64,000 bases of DNA from the IMG/VR virus record IMGVR_UViG_3300028840_004184, positions 64,001 to 128,000 of that record; one strand, given 5' to 3'. Of this stretch, positions 63,582-64,000 are shown piece by piece. How positions within the stretch are numbered: the first letter of the stretch is position 1; each line of letters opens with the position of its first letter. The DNA comes from a virus. The translations under genes and the position numbers were made by a program. The notes beneath the pieces were generated by a model that did no database searches, had not been told where the DNA came from, and worked only from the letters and a program-made list of their open reading frames with translations.

Positions 63582-64000
63582 TTATGAAGTAGTTACTGGT
63601 ATAATACCTCCGACCATCATTTGAGCCTTACAGGTAGTACACTTAACTTTACATGTGAATTTAAGACCTTTGGTTACATCATAGTCGCTTGGGTTTACTT
63701 TGTCATTCCACCATCCAGCAGCTTCTTCATCAGGCAGAGTTTGGCTACCGCCGTGATTACCTAGTTCTCCATCAGCGGTTCGATCATCATTGAAAATACA
63801 TGTCCAGTCGCCTTCACCGTCTTTGGCGTCAGGGTCCCATGCGAAAATTTTCCAGTAATATATCCATTTTGGATTGTCACATAGTTGGACGCAATTAAAG
63901 CTGGCCGTCCATACAAAACCCTCTCCGTATACCAGAGGATTAGGATCTAGTATCATCTCTTTTCTATTCCACGCACACATTTTAACTTGTGGGTTCGGAT
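63582..64000 (-). CDS. Beta-rich Cys-containing protein (5' end outside the window)
   Basis: Frame is open to the window edge; C-terminal CxxC. Confidence 0.6.
   Translation of the reverse strand, partial: PNPQVKMCAWNRKEMILDPNPLVYGEGFVWTASFNCVQLCDNPKWIYYWKIFAWDPDAKDGEGDWTCIFNDDRTADGELGNHGGSQTLPDEEAAGWWNDKVNPSDYDVTKGLKFTCKVKCTTCKAQMMVGGIIPVTTS

Noticed and set aside
1-64000. Stop-codon reassignment
   Set aside because: Long conserved genes are intact in the standard code, all three stops are used, and no suppressor tRNA was found

Overview
A 64-kb segment of a large dsDNA tailed (jumbo-type) bacteriophage genome using the standard genetic code. No capsid, terminase or polymerase genes fall in the window, so the assignment rests on gene content and layout. 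(1) 1-5.6 kb, + strand: end of a virion module with two repeat-built tail-fibre-like proteins, a beta-helix protein and a holin-like membrane protein. (2) 5.6-14 kb, - strand: RuvB, family-4 UDG, nucleotidyltransferase, amino-methyltransferase, HNH. (3) 14-30 kb, + strand: HtrA-like protease, DRB0094-family RNA ligase and an array of 19 canonical tRNAs interleaved with HNH endonucleases, tRNA-like RNAs and other structured RNAs, preceded by a leader-peptide attenuator. (4) 30-55 kb, + strand: an early/host-takeover-like region of small genes with many sigma70-type promoters and repeat-rich non-coding blocks. (5) 55-64 kb, - strand: DHH phosphoesterase and a 720-aa protein with a C-terminal TerD-like domain. 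Most notable: four covarying copies of a small structured RNA plus a tRNA mimic flanking the 720-aa gene (candidate Ro60/Y-RNA-like ribonucleoprotein system); a codon-diverse attenuator gating the tRNA array; nine proteins sharing an N-terminal CxxC..LLTS..CxxC tag; and a strand-polarised 20-bp hairpin repeat (19 copies found by eye). Family assignments are from motif recognition only; no searches or folding programs were run.
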